DNA of 64,000 nucleotides from a virus (taxonomy: Duplodnaviria; Heunggongvirae; Uroviricota; Caudoviricetes; Herelleviridae). The stretch is taken from positions 67,428 through 131,427 of IMG/VR virus record IMGVR_UViG_2595698876_000001; one strand, given 5' to 3'. The position numbers and the translations under genes were made by a program. The notes below the pieces were generated by a model that was given only the letters and a program-made list of their open reading frames with translations, was not told the DNA's origin and did not search any database. This document shows positions 55,070-63,878 of this stretch, piece by piece (within the stretch, counting starts at the first letter, position 1; every line of letters starts with the position of its first letter).

Positions 55070-55765
55070 ATGTCGAAAGATAAGAAAACTTTAAACACAG
55101 GTAGCGTATTAGTTCAATTGTATAAGGATAAGAAGCTCTGCACAAAAGTAGATAACATGCTAGATGAGGGTAAAACATACGACTACATTATTGAATTCTG
55201 TAAGGAACAAGGTTTAAGTATCTCTAAAGCCTCTCTTACAAACTATAAAAAGAAGAGAGAGGAATCTATCGAGACGGGCGTACCATTGCTACAGCTCCTT
55301 GATAAGCGCTCTAAAGACAACGTAACGTACATATCTGATAAACGTGTAGAAATGTTTAACGAACAAGAGAAAGAAAGCTACAATCCAATCGGAGCTATTG
55401 ATAAAGTAGAGAAAGTATTTAATGATATCGAGTTCCTTGACGAAGTTATCCATAAAGGCTTTAAAGGATTAGCTTCATTCGATATCGTGGATATCCCTCT
55501 TGCGATGAAAGCGATGGAAATTAAAGCTAAAATCACCAATAACGCATTAGGTGGATTGAGTGTGTCAGCATTAAAAGAAATGGCAATCAAAGTACGATGT
55601 AAAGAATCTGCTCTTACAGAAGTAGTCATGAAATATGTACCTGTAGAGCAACACGAACAACTATTTGAAGACTTAGCAGAAGCGGAGCAAGAGTTCTATG
55701 ACAACTTAGACTTAACTGAGATGGACAAGAAAACGAAAGAGGCAATGCAAGCTTTTGGTTTGTAG
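55070..55765 (+). CDS. hypothetical protein (about 231 aa; track start 55058 GTG)
   Basis: RBS AAAAGGTGGAAAAATTA precedes the ATG. First gene after the long intergenic region. Confidence 0.5.
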   Translation: MSKDKKTLNTGSVLVQLYKDKKLCTKVDNMLDEGKTYDYIIEFCKEQGLSISKASLTNYKKKREESIETGVPLLQLLDKRSKDNVTYISDKRVEMFNEQEKESYNPIGAIDKVEKVFNDIEFLDEVIHKGFKGLASFDIVDIPLAMKAMEIKAKITNNALGGLSVSALKEMAIKVRCKESALTEVVMKYVPVEQHEQLFEDLAEAEQEFYDNLDLTEMDKKTKEAMQAFGL

Positions 55766-55782
55766 ACTAGGGAGGGATTACA

Positions 55783-56271
55783 TTGACGATACCGATTACA
55801 GAAGTAGCGGACTGGAAAGAGTTGAAGTACGAAGTGTATGGGACGCTGGAAGAAAAAGTTCTAGCGTTACTTCACGGGGAGATTATCTATATCAAAAACT
55901 ACGAAAAGAACACAGGTACAAGTGTATTAGCTAGGTTAGTAGTAGAAAGAGGTTTTACGATACCGCAGATTACATACGACATATATGATACGAATGAAGC
56001 GGATAGATACTGGTTGCGATTTAATATCGGTTTAACCGACTTATCTCTATTGGATGTATACAAAGTCACTGATACGAGTATCTTCCTTAAACCGAATAAA
56101 TTCAAAGTAGGTGACAACGTAAGTTATACTTCTACAGATGGCACATTCGATGCGGCTTACGTTATAGCAGTCTACGAAAGAAAAGAAAATGAATTTGCTT
56201 ATAAACTATCCCGGGAGCCAAACGTACTATACGAAGAAAACCTATTAGTATCAAGTAAATTCAAGCTTTAG
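55783..56271 (+). CDS. hypothetical protein (162 aa, TTG start)
   Basis: RBS TAGGGAGGGATTACA. Followed by a strong terminator. Confidence 0.5.
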   Translation: MTIPITEVADWKELKYEVYGTLEEKVLALLHGEIIYIKNYEKNTGTSVLARLVVERGFTIPQITYDIYDTNEADRYWLRFNIGLTDLSLLDVYKVTDTSIFLKPNKFKVGDNVSYTSTDGTFDAAYVIAVYERKENEFAYKLSREPNVLYEENLLVSSKFKL

Positions 56272-56301
56272 AACAAGATGAAAAATTCTTGTTCTTTTTT
56301 T
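56270..56301 (+). terminator. rho-independent terminator
   Basis: AGAACAAG-atgaaaaatt-CTTGTTCT followed by TTTTTTT. Confidence 0.75.
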
Positions 56302-56311
56302 ATGGAATAGT

Positions 56312-56340
56312 GTTGACTTAAAGTGAATACGATGATAAGA
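56312..56340 (+). promoter_or_regulatory. early sigma-A promoter: GTTGACTTAAAGT-TAAGAT
   Basis: gttgacttaaagtgaatacgatgataagat. Confidence 0.55.
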
Positions 56341-56372
56341 TGTAATCAAGATAACGAAAGGGAGTTGAAGAA

Positions 56373-56555
56373 ATGGAACTTAAAACAGTTTACGCGGTGT
56401 ATACGATAGATTCGATGGAAGAACCTGAGTTAGAACTTGTATTCGAACATAAACCAGATGCAGAGAGGTATAGAGATTTAAAGAATAAAAACAGCAATGG
56501 TATTGTTTTTAGAATCGTTGAACCAGTTAAATTCAAACCAAGAGAAATCTGGTAA
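56373..56555 (+). CDS. early small protein (60 aa)
   Basis: Downstream of a sigma-A promoter. RBS AAAGGGAGTTGAAGAA. Confidence 0.5.
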   Translation: MELKTVYAVYTIDSMEEPELELVFEHKPDAERYRDLKNKNSNGIVFRIVEPVKFKPREIW

Positions 56556-56575
56556 ATTAAAAGGAGGAAAATATA

Positions 56576-57118
56576 ATGATTGATTTAAAGAATGATTTAG
56601 TAGAGGACAAGCTAGTAATTGTAGAGGAAAAGGTAAAAGCACCGAAAGGTTCTAAGAACCCATTAACACCGGAGCAAGAAGCTGGAGTAGCTAGAATGTA
56701 CCTTAGAGGAGAAAGAGTAGTAGACATTATTGCGAAGTACAAAATTGCAGCAGGTCGTATCTATCGTATCTTATCTCGTAACGGAATTGAAAAGCGCTCA
56801 CCAGAGTATAATCGAGAAGGTAAGGCTCGAACGTTGTCACTGAGTAAATACGAGAAAGATAGAATCGTAGATGATTACATACGAGAAGTACCAATCCGAG
56901 ACATCTTAGCGAAGTACGGTTTGAATAAGTACGGGCTATACACGATTCTAGATGAAAGAAAGATTACTCGTCTAACAGAAAAAGAAGATAAAAAACCTGT
57001 GACAGTACATAATAAGATTCAAGTTAAATCAGAAGCATACATACAAGATAAAGTAGCATACGTAAAGATTCATAAAGATGGTAATGAAATTGAACAAATC
57101 CGTGTTGACTATATTTAG
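56576..57118 (+). CDS. DNA-binding protein with two tandem HTH repeats
   Basis: Internal repeat: VVDIIAKYKIAAGRIYRILSRNGIEKR and IRDILAKYGLNKYGLYTILDERKI. RBS AAAGGAGGAAAATATA. Confidence 0.45.
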   Translation: MIDLKNDLVEDKLVIVEEKVKAPKGSKNPLTPEQEAGVARMYLRGERVVDIIAKYKIAAGRIYRILSRNGIEKRSPEYNREGKARTLSLSKYEKDRIVDDYIREVPIRDILAKYGLNKYGLYTILDERKITRLTEKEDKKPVTVHNKIQVKSEAYIQDKVAYVKIHKDGNEIEQIRVDYI

Positions 57119-57148
57119 TCACACGGGTTTGTTAAAGGGGGAGTTATA

Positions 57149-57397
57149 ATGGAAAGAACAGGATGGGAACATTATGATTTACAGAAAGAAATGGCAGGGG
57201 CTAGTGTAGCTAGGTTACTGGACATGTACAAACGCGAGAAGAAAAAAGCTTTAGATTCTTGTGGAGAGTTTTTAAAGTTAACTGGTAGCTTAACAGATGA
57301 CGGAGCAAAAGAATATGAAGATAAATGCAAGCTACTAGTAGAAGGTACTAAACTTATAGCGGAACGTCTTGCGGAAAAATTAGCGGAGGACGAGTAA
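57149..57397 (+). CDS. early small protein (82 aa)
   Basis: ORF with RBS AAAGGGGGAGTTATA. Confidence 0.5.
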   Translation: MERTGWEHYDLQKEMAGASVARLLDMYKREKKKALDSCGEFLKLTGSLTDDGAKEYEDKCKLLVEGTKLIAERLAEKLAEDE

Positions 57398-57398
57398 T

Positions 57399-57659
57399 AT
57401 GAACTTGTATAGAGAAATTTCTATAGATGAACTTGACAAAATTAGAGAAGAGTTTATGGAAAGGTATTTTGGAGGATGGCACAAAGCTACATGTGAGTTC
57501 CATCAATCACTTGTAGAAGGTAGAAAGGGTGTCGCTAAGAAGATATTGGACTTAGAATGTAACGGGTTTAACATGATGCGAGAGTTTAAGGAGATAGACC
57601 GTATCTACCGAGCTATTAATTTAATCGATAACGGTCAGAAAGTATACACGGATTTATAA
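57399..57659 (+). CDS. early small protein (86 aa)
   Basis: ORF coupled to its neighbour (TAATATG). Confidence 0.5.
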   Translation: MNLYREISIDELDKIREEFMERYFGGWHKATCEFHQSLVEGRKGVAKKILDLECNGFNMMREFKEIDRIYRAINLIDNGQKVYTDL

Positions 57660-57678
57660 AAAAAGTTTTTAAAAGTTG

Positions 57679-57707
57679 TTGACTTAAAGTAAACAAGGTG
57701 ATAATAT
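57679..57707 (+). promoter_or_regulatory. early sigma-A promoter: GTTGACTTAAAGT-TAATAT
   Basis: gttgacttaaagtaaacaaggtgataatat. Confidence 0.6.
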
Positions 57708-57732
57708 AAAGATAACGAAAGGGGATGAGAAA

Positions 57733-58068
57733 GTGGTAAACAAAATAGAAGAGCTAAGAAAATTCGTGGAGGATAAAGCGGAAAACTTTAATAGTCTAAA
57801 TGACTCATCTGATGTAATCGTAATGATAGTACTAAATGACATCCTAGACAAGATTGATGAACTGCAAAATGGTAAGCCAATGTACATTGTTCAATACCAA
57901 GACTTAAAAGGTGAGAATACATACGAAGATTACTCACGATATAAATCAGCATCAGAAATTTACTACTACCAGATTAAATCGGTAGCGAAGAGCGTAAAGA
58001 TGTTAATGGAAGTTGATGGAATCAGAGTAACTATTCTAGATTCGGAGGGTGACAAAGATGAGAATTGA
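57733..58068 (+). CDS. early small protein (111 aa, GTG start)
   Basis: Downstream of a sigma-A promoter. RBS AAAGGGGATGAGAAA. Confidence 0.5.
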   Translation: MVNKIEELRKFVEDKAENFNSLNDSSDVIVMIVLNDILDKIDELQNGKPMYIVQYQDLKGENTYEDYSRYKSASEIYYYQIKSVAKSVKMLMEVDGIRVTILDSEGDKDEN

Positions 58069-58273
58069 ACGTTGGATTTATGAAGTAAAGTATACATTAA
58101 AGGATTGTCCGATGCTTACACGTACATTACCAGATTTATACGAAGAAGAGGTTATTGCAGAGGTTGTAGCGGAGAAGTTAAAGTTAGAGTTAGGTGACAC
58201 ATACGCAGTAGTTAAAGTAGCACCAAGAAAGTTAGTTTCTAATGAATATAGGTATGGAGGTAGATGGGCATGA
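58049..58273 (+). CDS. early small protein (74 aa)
   Basis: ORF overlapping its upstream gene. Confidence 0.45.
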   Translation: MTKMRIERWIYEVKYTLKDCPMLTRTLPDLYEEEVIAEVVAEKLKLELGDTYAVVKVAPRKLVSNEYRYGGRWA

Positions 58274-58509
58274 GTTTAGAAGACAAGATTAAACAACAAA
58301 ACGCACTTGAAGATGGCATAGCAATGTCTCAAGATTTATCGTATGAGCTAGGACAGCAGATATATAAGGAGTTTGAATCTTTACCAGAAGATAAAATTCT
58401 AGAATATTACAATATGATGAATAGAGAGAACAACAGTATTATCCGGTACAAGATTTTCTGTGACTTCATATACGGAAATGTAGCATTGCTAGGGAGGTTT
58501 GAAAAATGA
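58264..58509 (+). CDS. early small protein (81 aa)
   Basis: ORF overlapping its upstream gene. Confidence 0.45.
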   Translation: MGMSLEDKIKQQNALEDGIAMSQDLSYELGQQIYKEFESLPEDKILEYYNMMNRENNSIIRYKIFCDFIYGNVALLGRFEK

Positions 58510-58955
58510 AACTGGACTATGGTTCGGGAAGACAACCAAAAGAAGGTTATATGTCTTCTGACTTCATCGGAACACCGAATTACGATTTCTTCATTAAAGA
58601 TTACTTAGTAATGGACACAGAAGACCATATGTTTGATGCGATTCACTGTCGTAACGTAATACATCATATCCCGGAGCAAGACTTACATACCTTATTTGCA
58701 GAGTTTGATAGATTGCTAAAACCAGATGGAGAGCTTATCATTTCAGAGCCACGAGAAGAGTTTCATGAGCAAAATAAGTTTATAGATTGGATATGGTATC
58801 GCTGGATTACAAACGATACGAACATCATGGTTCCAGATGAGTATGTAGATTATAAAAAGTATTTAGTTGATTTCGACATTGTTAGCACCGTAGACCACTA
58901 CAATAATGAAGTTCTCACGTTAAAGAAAAAACAAATAATGGCACAAGCCGTATAA
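58506..58955 (+). CDS. small SAM-dependent methyltransferase-like protein (truncated/degenerate Rossmann fold)
   Basis: Motif I-like LDYGSG at residues 3-8, then FDAIHCRNVIHHI and LLKPDGELIISEP, which resemble class I MTase motifs. Only 149 aa. Confidence 0.35.
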   Translation: MKLDYGSGRQPKEGYMSSDFIGTPNYDFFIKDYLVMDTEDHMFDAIHCRNVIHHIPEQDLHTLFAEFDRLLKPDGELIISEPREEFHEQNKFIDWIWYRWITNDTNIMVPDEYVDYKKYLVDFDIVSTVDHYNNEVLTLKKKQIMAQAV

Positions 58956-58968
58956 GGAGAGTTTAATT

Positions 58969-59172
58969 ATGATAACAATGGTACAAGCACCAACACCAGA
59001 TAGACCGGAAGAGAAGTTAGTTAAGTTTATGACGGATAACAGTTTTTCGAAAGCGGACATCTATGAAGCTCTAAATAATATTGAAGAAGCCAAGTTAACA
59101 CTACATAATAAAACTTGGGGACTAACGCACCAATCAAACTATGTATTTGTGAAAGGGGAGCTAATGCAATGA
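58969..59172 (+). CDS. early small protein (67 aa)
   Basis: ORF with RBS TAAGGAGAGTTTAATT. Confidence 0.45.
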   Translation: MITMVQAPTPDRPEEKLVKFMTDNSFSKADIYEALNNIEEAKLTLHNKTWGLTHQSNYVFVKGELMQ

Positions 59173-59477
59173 ACAACTTATCTAAGATTGCAAGTTTAAA
59201 AGCAGAACTGGAAAAATTAGAAAAAGAGCAAGAAGAATTTAACGCCTTATCAGAGGACAAGCAGTTAGCTATCACACTCCATGAGTTAATGTGTAATTGG
59301 AATCACACAGATGGTTGTGGATGGGGCTATGAAACTAACGGAGGAACACATAACTGGGATGGGTACGCGCATAAAAAGTGGCTAGAGCATGCGCAACAAC
59401 TTATTAAACTATGTGCTTGGGATAATGTGGATTTATCGACAGCGGTAGAAATCTTAAAAATGGGGAAGGGGTTTTAA
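59169..59477 (+). CDS. early small protein (about 102 aa; track start 59115)
   Basis: ATG 59169 with RBS AAAGGGGAGCTAATGCA. Coiled-coil N-terminus and a Cys/His/Trp-rich C-terminus. Confidence 0.45.
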   Translation: MNNLSKIASLKAELEKLEKEQEEFNALSEDKQLAITLHELMCNWNHTDGCGWGYETNGGTHNWDGYAHKKWLEHAQQLIKLCAWDNVDLSTAVEILKMGKGF

Positions 59478-59479
59478 TT

Positions 59480-59692
59480 ATGACAAACCAAACATTTTAC
59501 ATTATCGAAACAGGTATTGATGAGCTAGGAGTCGGATACCAGCTTTGTAGAGAGGTACCGGAATGGTGGACTATGGAAGATATTGATGACGATATTCAAG
59601 ATGATGCAGATACAAATATCGGTGCTGAGTTCAAAGAGTGGGAATTCCGTTTATCTACGACACCTGTAAAAGAATATGGACTATGGTTATAA
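59480..59692 (+). CDS. early small acidic protein (70 aa), paralogue of 59713..60045
   Basis: FYIIETGIDELGVGYQLCREVPEWWTMEDIDDDI...KEWEFRLS aligns with the second half of the next gene. Confidence 0.5.
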   Translation: MTNQTFYIIETGIDELGVGYQLCREVPEWWTMEDIDDDIQDDADTNIGAEFKEWEFRLSTTPVKEYGLWL

Positions 59693-59712
59693 GAAAGGGA
59701 GGAGAATGAATT

Positions 59713-60045
59713 ATGCCGTACACAAATAAAATCGAAGGTATAAAGCATCAAATATCATTATTAGAGCGCGAGTTAGATAGACTGGAAGATATGCAAAAAG
59801 CAGAAGAGGACAAGCAAGCTATTTTTATTATCGAGACAGGTATATGCGACTTAGGTAAACCGTACCTAGTATGTGAACAATTACCTTTATGGTACGACTT
59901 AGACGATATTGATGGTGAAATTAGGGATGCTATTGAGGTCAACGAACACATGAAGTTAAAAGAATGGTCATTCCGTTTAGCGAATGAACCAGAGGAACCA
60001 CACGGTTTAGACTATGACGACGACCATGAGTTAATGCACCAATAA
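59713..60045 (+). CDS. early small acidic protein (110 aa) with C-terminal domain paralogous to 59480..59692
   Basis: IFIIETGICDLGKPYLVCEQLPLWYDLDDIDGEI...KEWSFRLA. RBS AAAGGGAGGAGAATGAATT. Confidence 0.5.
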   Translation: MPYTNKIEGIKHQISLLERELDRLEDMQKAEEDKQAIFIIETGICDLGKPYLVCEQLPLWYDLDDIDGEIRDAIEVNEHMKLKEWSFRLANEPEEPHGLDYDDDHELMHQ

Positions 60046-60064
60046 AAAAGTTTTAAAAAAGATG

Positions 60065-60093
60065 TTTACTTTTAGTAAAAGATAGGCTATAAT
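60065..60093 (+). promoter_or_regulatory. early sigma-A promoter: TTTACTTTTAG-17-TATAAT
   Basis: gtttacttttagtaaaagataggctataat. Confidence 0.55.
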
Positions 60094-60124
60094 AAAGTTA
60101 ACAAATAACGAGGGGGAAACGAAA

Positions 60125-60940
60125 ATGACAAAAACACGTAAAGCTACAGGTAAGAGAGAACCAAAAGGCGCAATGGAGAAAGCATGGGCAGTATCAGATA
60201 AGTTAGACCAACAATTATTCGGAGATGAAAAGGGAGCGGTTAAAATGACGAAAGCTATGTTAATCAATGCAGTATCAAATGAAGAGGTATTTGTTGAAAT
60301 CAATAAGGACGACCTAGTAGTAGTTACTCGACAAGACGTAGGCTCTACAGTTTATAATAAACGTTACACAGTTGAAAAAGTAGTTGAACAATTTACATCA
60401 GAGGGTTGGATTAACGTAACTGAGCAAAACCAAGTAATGAAAAATGTAGAAGCTCCATTACAAGAACAACCAGAGATTATGGTTATTGAAGAAATCAAAC
60501 CATTAGAAACAATTGAAGAAGAGGTTGATGAGAAAACAGTTATGATTGCGGAAGTAGATGCATACACAGAGTTACACGCAGAAATCGCAGCGCTTAATAA
60601 AGAATTAGAGAAAAAGAAAAAAGCGATTCGTACATATATGGATGAAAACAAATTGAAAGTATTAACTGGTACAAAAGGTAAAGAAATCTATCTTCAAACG
60701 AACAAAGCGACTAACTCTTCATCTGAGTACACAACTTACGATGTAAACATGATTAAAGACATCTTATCAGTAGAACAGTACAGCGAAGTTACAGAAGTAC
60801 GTGTATCAGCTTCATTGCTTAAAAAGAAAATTACAGACAGTGAGTTTTCTGATGGTGAGTTAAAAGCTATCGAACGTGCTGAGTTCTACAAATTGAATGC
60901 TCCTAAGTTTACAGTACGTAAAGTAAAGGAAGAAAAATAA
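60125..60940 (+). CDS. early acidic coiled-coil protein (271 aa)
   Basis: Downstream of a sigma-A promoter. RBS CGAGGGGGAAACGAAA. Confidence 0.55.
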   Translation: MTKTRKATGKREPKGAMEKAWAVSDKLDQQLFGDEKGAVKMTKAMLINAVSNEEVFVEINKDDLVVVTRQDVGSTVYNKRYTVEKVVEQFTSEGWINVTEQNQVMKNVEAPLQEQPEIMVIEEIKPLETIEEEVDEKTVMIAEVDAYTELHAEIAALNKELEKKKKAIRTYMDENKLKVLTGTKGKEIYLQTNKATNSSSEYTTYDVNMIKDILSVEQYSEVTEVRVSASLLKKKITDSEFSDGELKAIERAEFYKLNAPKFTVRKVKEEK

Positions 60941-61170
60941 TGGGAGGTACTTATGCAGGTGCTTACAGCGGTAATTCCGGCTGGGGCATCTGTACCTGTC
61001 TAGATAACGAAGTAAATGATTACTGCTTTTGGCATGGTAAAATGAAAGAGATTTATGTCGATGGTCAATACAAAAAGGTAGACATGAACAGCGCAGAATA
61101 CCAGCTCTGGAAAAGACAAGTAGAAGAAAAATCCAAGAAATACGAAGGGACGGATATTTATGACTGGTAA
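60940..61170 (+). CDS. early small Cys/Trp-rich protein (76 aa)
   Basis: CTCLDNEVNDYCFWHG. ORF coupled to its neighbour (TAATGG). Confidence 0.45.
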   Translation: MGGTYAGAYSGNSGWGICTCLDNEVNDYCFWHGKMKEIYVDGQYKKVDMNSAEYQLWKRQVEEKSKKYEGTDIYDW

Positions 61171-61633
61171 TGTACTAGAAATTGAATCTAAAATTTTAGA
61201 GAATATCGTTAAAGGAGAGACGGACAGTTCACCACATAAGGTGTCTGTCTCTATCTTAACTGACTTAGCCTGTGAACAGATTTTAGCAGCATCTAGAGGA
61301 GCTTTACATATCGAAGAAGTCATTAATCGCTATGGAGACGAAGAAGACGAACAAGACCCAACATCTTGTGTATGGCAAGATGTAGAAGGGCTAGATTACG
61401 GATGGATGTGGTTACGCTATCGTGAGGAACATATGAAAGAAATGATGATTGCTTATATCAGCGGGACTGTACGAGCTTATCAGAAGCGTATGGACGATGG
61501 AGAAGAGTTTACATTAGTTACAACTATAGTGGACGAATACAAAGATACAGTGACATACCACCTTTTAGATGTTAAAGAGAATCGAGATGTTTATGTTTGG
61601 ACATTCTCCAATAAAGATACGTATCTAGCATAG
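61160..61633 (+). CDS. early protein (157 aa)
   Basis: ORF overlapping its upstream gene. Followed by a terminator. Confidence 0.5.
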   Translation: MTGNVLEIESKILENIVKGETDSSPHKVSVSILTDLACEQILAASRGALHIEEVINRYGDEEDEQDPTSCVWQDVEGLDYGWMWLRYREEHMKEMMIAYISGTVRAYQKRMDDGEEFTLVTTIVDEYKDTVTYHLLDVKENRDVYVWTFSNKDTYLA

Positions 61634-61657
61634 AGCGACATTGTTCGCTCTTTTTTT
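61632..61657 (+). terminator. rho-independent terminator upstream of the sigma-factor promoter
   Basis: AGAGCGA-cattgt-TCGCTCT followed by TTTTTTT. Confidence 0.7.
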
Positions 61658-61666
61658 AATTTCATT

Positions 61667-61695
61667 GTTGACTTTTGGTACAGCACATGTTAAGA
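61667..61695 (+). promoter_or_regulatory. early sigma-A promoter: GTTGACTTTTGG-17-TAAGAT, driving the sigma-factor gene
   Basis: gttgacttttggtacagcacatgttaagat. Confidence 0.55.
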
Positions 61696-61728
61696 TATTA
61701 ATAGATAAACAAAGAGGAGGAGTTAACA

Positions 61729-62652
61729 ATGCTCACAGTAGCAGAGAAAAAAATTAAAAACTACGATTTACTTGTACAAGCTAAAGAAGGTTCCGAAGAT
61801 GCGATGGAGCAGTTAATTAAAAACTACGATAAGTTTCTACATAAGGAAGTAGACAAGATAACGAAGGTAGCGCATAAGAAACAAGACCTGTACCAAGTAG
61901 GTGCTATGACTCTTGTTGAATCAGTACATAAGTTTGACTTGGATAGTGGATACGAATTTTTATCATATTTATATATGCAGGTTAGAGGTCATATGCTCAA
62001 TTCTCTTCGGGATATCCGAGTAGCAAAGACACCTACTAAACTAGTTGACCTTAGTAGTAAGATTAAAAAGAGAGGGCTATCAGACGAACCAGCCGACCAT
62101 ATAAGTAAAGTTCTCGAAGAACCTGTAGAAAAGGTGTACGACGCGCTCATTTACCTTAGAAACGAAATTCCTCTTAGTACGAATGCACAAGTGGAGGGTG
62201 GAGAGAAAAAAAGTAATAACGCGTCTACAGGAACGCTAGGGGATATGATTGAAAAAGATATAAATGGTGACGATTGGGAAGAAATGTCTGAACTACAATA
62301 CTACATAGATAAATTACCAGAGAAAGAACGTTTCGTTATCACAGAACGATACATAAATGACAAGAAGCAGAGTACAGTTGGACAAGCTCTGAATATTAAG
62401 CAGCAAAGTGTAGCGAGAATTGAGAAGTACGCTCTAGACAACCTTAGAAGTCTTATGAGTGGTAATGGTCTTATCATTAGAGAAGACAACAGAGGTAAGG
62501 GCAGAAAGAATGTAAAAGGGAACCAAGAGTTAGCGAAGGAACTAGTGATGAAAGGTAAGCTTAAACAAGCAGAGATTCATAGACTAACTGGTGTACCATC
62601 CGGTACTATCGCGTATTGGGTATCTCGACTTAAAAAAGGTGAAAAAATTTAA
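61729..62652 (+). CDS. RNA polymerase sigma factor (sigma-70 family; candidate SPO1 gp28-like middle-gene sigma)
   Basis: Region 2-like LIKNYDKFLHKEVDKITKVAHKKQDLYQVGAMTLVESVHKFDLDSGYEFLSYLYMQVRGHMLNSL. Region 4 HTH ERFVITERYINDKKQSTVGQALNIKQQSVARIEKYALDNLR. Driven by a sigma-A promoter. Confidence 0.65.
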   Translation: MLTVAEKKIKNYDLLVQAKEGSEDAMEQLIKNYDKFLHKEVDKITKVAHKKQDLYQVGAMTLVESVHKFDLDSGYEFLSYLYMQVRGHMLNSLRDIRVAKTPTKLVDLSSKIKKRGLSDEPADHISKVLEEPVEKVYDALIYLRNEIPLSTNAQVEGGEKKSNNASTGTLGDMIEKDINGDDWEEMSELQYYIDKLPEKERFVITERYINDKKQSTVGQALNIKQQSVARIEKYALDNLRSLMSGNGLIIREDNRGKGRKNVKGNQELAKELVMKGKLKQAEIHRLTGVPSGTIAYWVSRLKKGEKI

Positions 62653-62661
62653 TAAAACTTG

Positions 62662-62690
62662 TTGACTTTAAGTGAAACCCGGTATATAAT
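62662..62690 (+). promoter_or_regulatory. early sigma-A promoter: GTTGACTTTAAGT-17-TATAAT
   Basis: gttgactttaagtgaaacccggtatataat. Confidence 0.6.
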
Positions 62691-62714
62691 GGTAATTACA
62701 AGGAGGTGAGACAA

Positions 62715-62906
62715 GTGAAAGCTAAGGAACTAACAGTAACGGTACTAGCCATTATCGGGATGTTATCGATAATGAACTACATCATCTTAGTAGCTCCCGG
62801 CATCATCAACTTACTGTTCTGGGTTGTAGTTATCATTGTAAGCGTGTTATCTTATAGTCACTTTGCAAACAAGAAGAAAAATAAAGACAAAGACGCAGGA
62901 AAGTAA
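62715..62906 (+). CDS. early small membrane protein (2 TM; second GTG with RBS AGGAGGTGAG preferred over track start 62706)
   Basis: Hydrophobic VTVLAIIGMLSIMNYIILVAPGIINLLFWVVVIIVSVL, then a basic tail KKKNKDKDAGK. Confidence 0.5.
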   Translation: MKAKELTVTVLAIIGMLSIMNYIILVAPGIINLLFWVVVIIVSVLSYSHFANKKKNKDKDAGK

Positions 62907-63009
62907 TGGCACCTATTTTAAGGAGGTGAACACGAAATGTCAGTAGAAAATAACGTTTACGAAATCACTAAATTATTAGCAGAGTACAAAGAGGGAAAGG
63001 GTAAGTAAA

Positions 63010-63195
63010 TTGAACGATACAGCACTAGAGAAAATCAGATATGCTAAAGAACACTTAGAGAGAGCTGAGAGAGCGTTAGTAACTGGGGATATACAGCTTT
63101 CTCTAGGTAACTTAGACAAAGTGGAATTTGATGTAGAAGGAGCCAAGTGGCTGCTAAGAGATGATATAAAACAGAGGAGGAATTGTAATGAGTGA
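63010..63195 (+). CDS. early small protein (61 aa, TTG start)
   Basis: ORF. No motif recognised. Confidence 0.4.
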   Translation: MNDTALEKIRYAKEHLERAERALVTGDIQLSLGNLDKVEFDVEGAKWLLRDDIKQRRNCNE

Positions 63196-63538
63196 GTATA
63201 CTGATAGAATGTATGCGAATATGGAGAAGGAATTTGATTTCCGAGGAGAAAGACTTACATACAACAAGTTAAAAGAAGGTTTAAAGCAAGATAACGTACT
63301 AAAGGTGTACGTAGATACTTCTCGATTCGAACGTAAGTTAATGAAGTCTCCAGAAGGACAGATGTTCTTATATGAATACGAAGAAGAGATGGGATTCCCG
63401 AACGACAGAATTACTGAGCTATTCGTTCTCGTTTCATCTGAGGAAGATGCGGACAAGGTTAATCGAGACAACTACCCTCACTTCGGAAGACAACATATTT
63501 ATGTAGGCGAAGCTTGCGCTGTAAGTGTACGAGGTTAA
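63188..63538 (+). CDS. early protein (116 aa)
   Basis: ORF with RBS AGAGGAGGAATTGTA. Confidence 0.5.
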   Translation: MSEYTDRMYANMEKEFDFRGERLTYNKLKEGLKQDNVLKVYVDTSRFERKLMKSPEGQMFLYEYEEEMGFPNDRITELFVLVSSEEDADKVNRDNYPHFGRQHIYVGEACAVSVRG

Positions 63539-63542
63539 TAGG

Positions 63543-63662
63543 ATGCACATCGAATTTACAATACCAGAATGGTTAGTAGGGGTTTTAGGTGCAGTAACGA
63601 TTATCCCTCTACTAGTAATAATAGGGTGTATGATTTACGCTTACTGGGCGTTTAAAAATTAA
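63543..63662 (+). CDS. small hydrophobic peptide (39 aa)
   Basis: Single TM segment LVGVLGAVTIIPLLVIIGCMIYAYWAF. Weak RBS. Not in the ORF track. Confidence 0.3.
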   Translation: MHIEFTIPEWLVGVLGAVTIIPLLVIIGCMIYAYWAFKN

Positions 63663-63674
63663 GGGGGAACTTAA

Positions 63675-63878
63675 ATGTTGCGATTAACAAATTTATTAAC
63701 GATATTCTTTTTAAGCTTATGGACAGGTTTCTGTATCATGTCTTTTTATCACTCTACTTTTGGAGAGTTAACGGAGTTTAAAGATATAGGTAGATTCTTA
63801 GGAATCATGGGTCTAGGTCAGTTGGCTCTTATCGTTTACAACTTAGTGGAACTATGGAAGGAACGTTACAATGACTAA
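63675..63878 (+). CDS. early small membrane protein (67 aa, 2 TM)
   Basis: RBS TAAGGGGGAACTTAA. Hydrophobic LLTIFFLSLWTGFCIMSF and FLGIMGLGQLALIVYNL. Confidence 0.5.
   Translation: MLRLTNLLTIFFLSLWTGFCIMSFYHSTFGELTEFKDIGRFLGIMGLGQLALIVYNLVELWKERYND

Noticed and set aside
200-63471. All minus-strand ORFs in the six-frame track (e.g. 200..529, 1914..2303, 9147..9458, 11729..12220, 25757..26194, 46882..47370, 49904..50317, 63154..63471)
   Set aside because: Each lies entirely inside a well-supported + strand gene with clear RBS and domain content. None has an RBS or promoter of its own. The genome segment is transcribed unidirectionally, as in SPO1-like phages.
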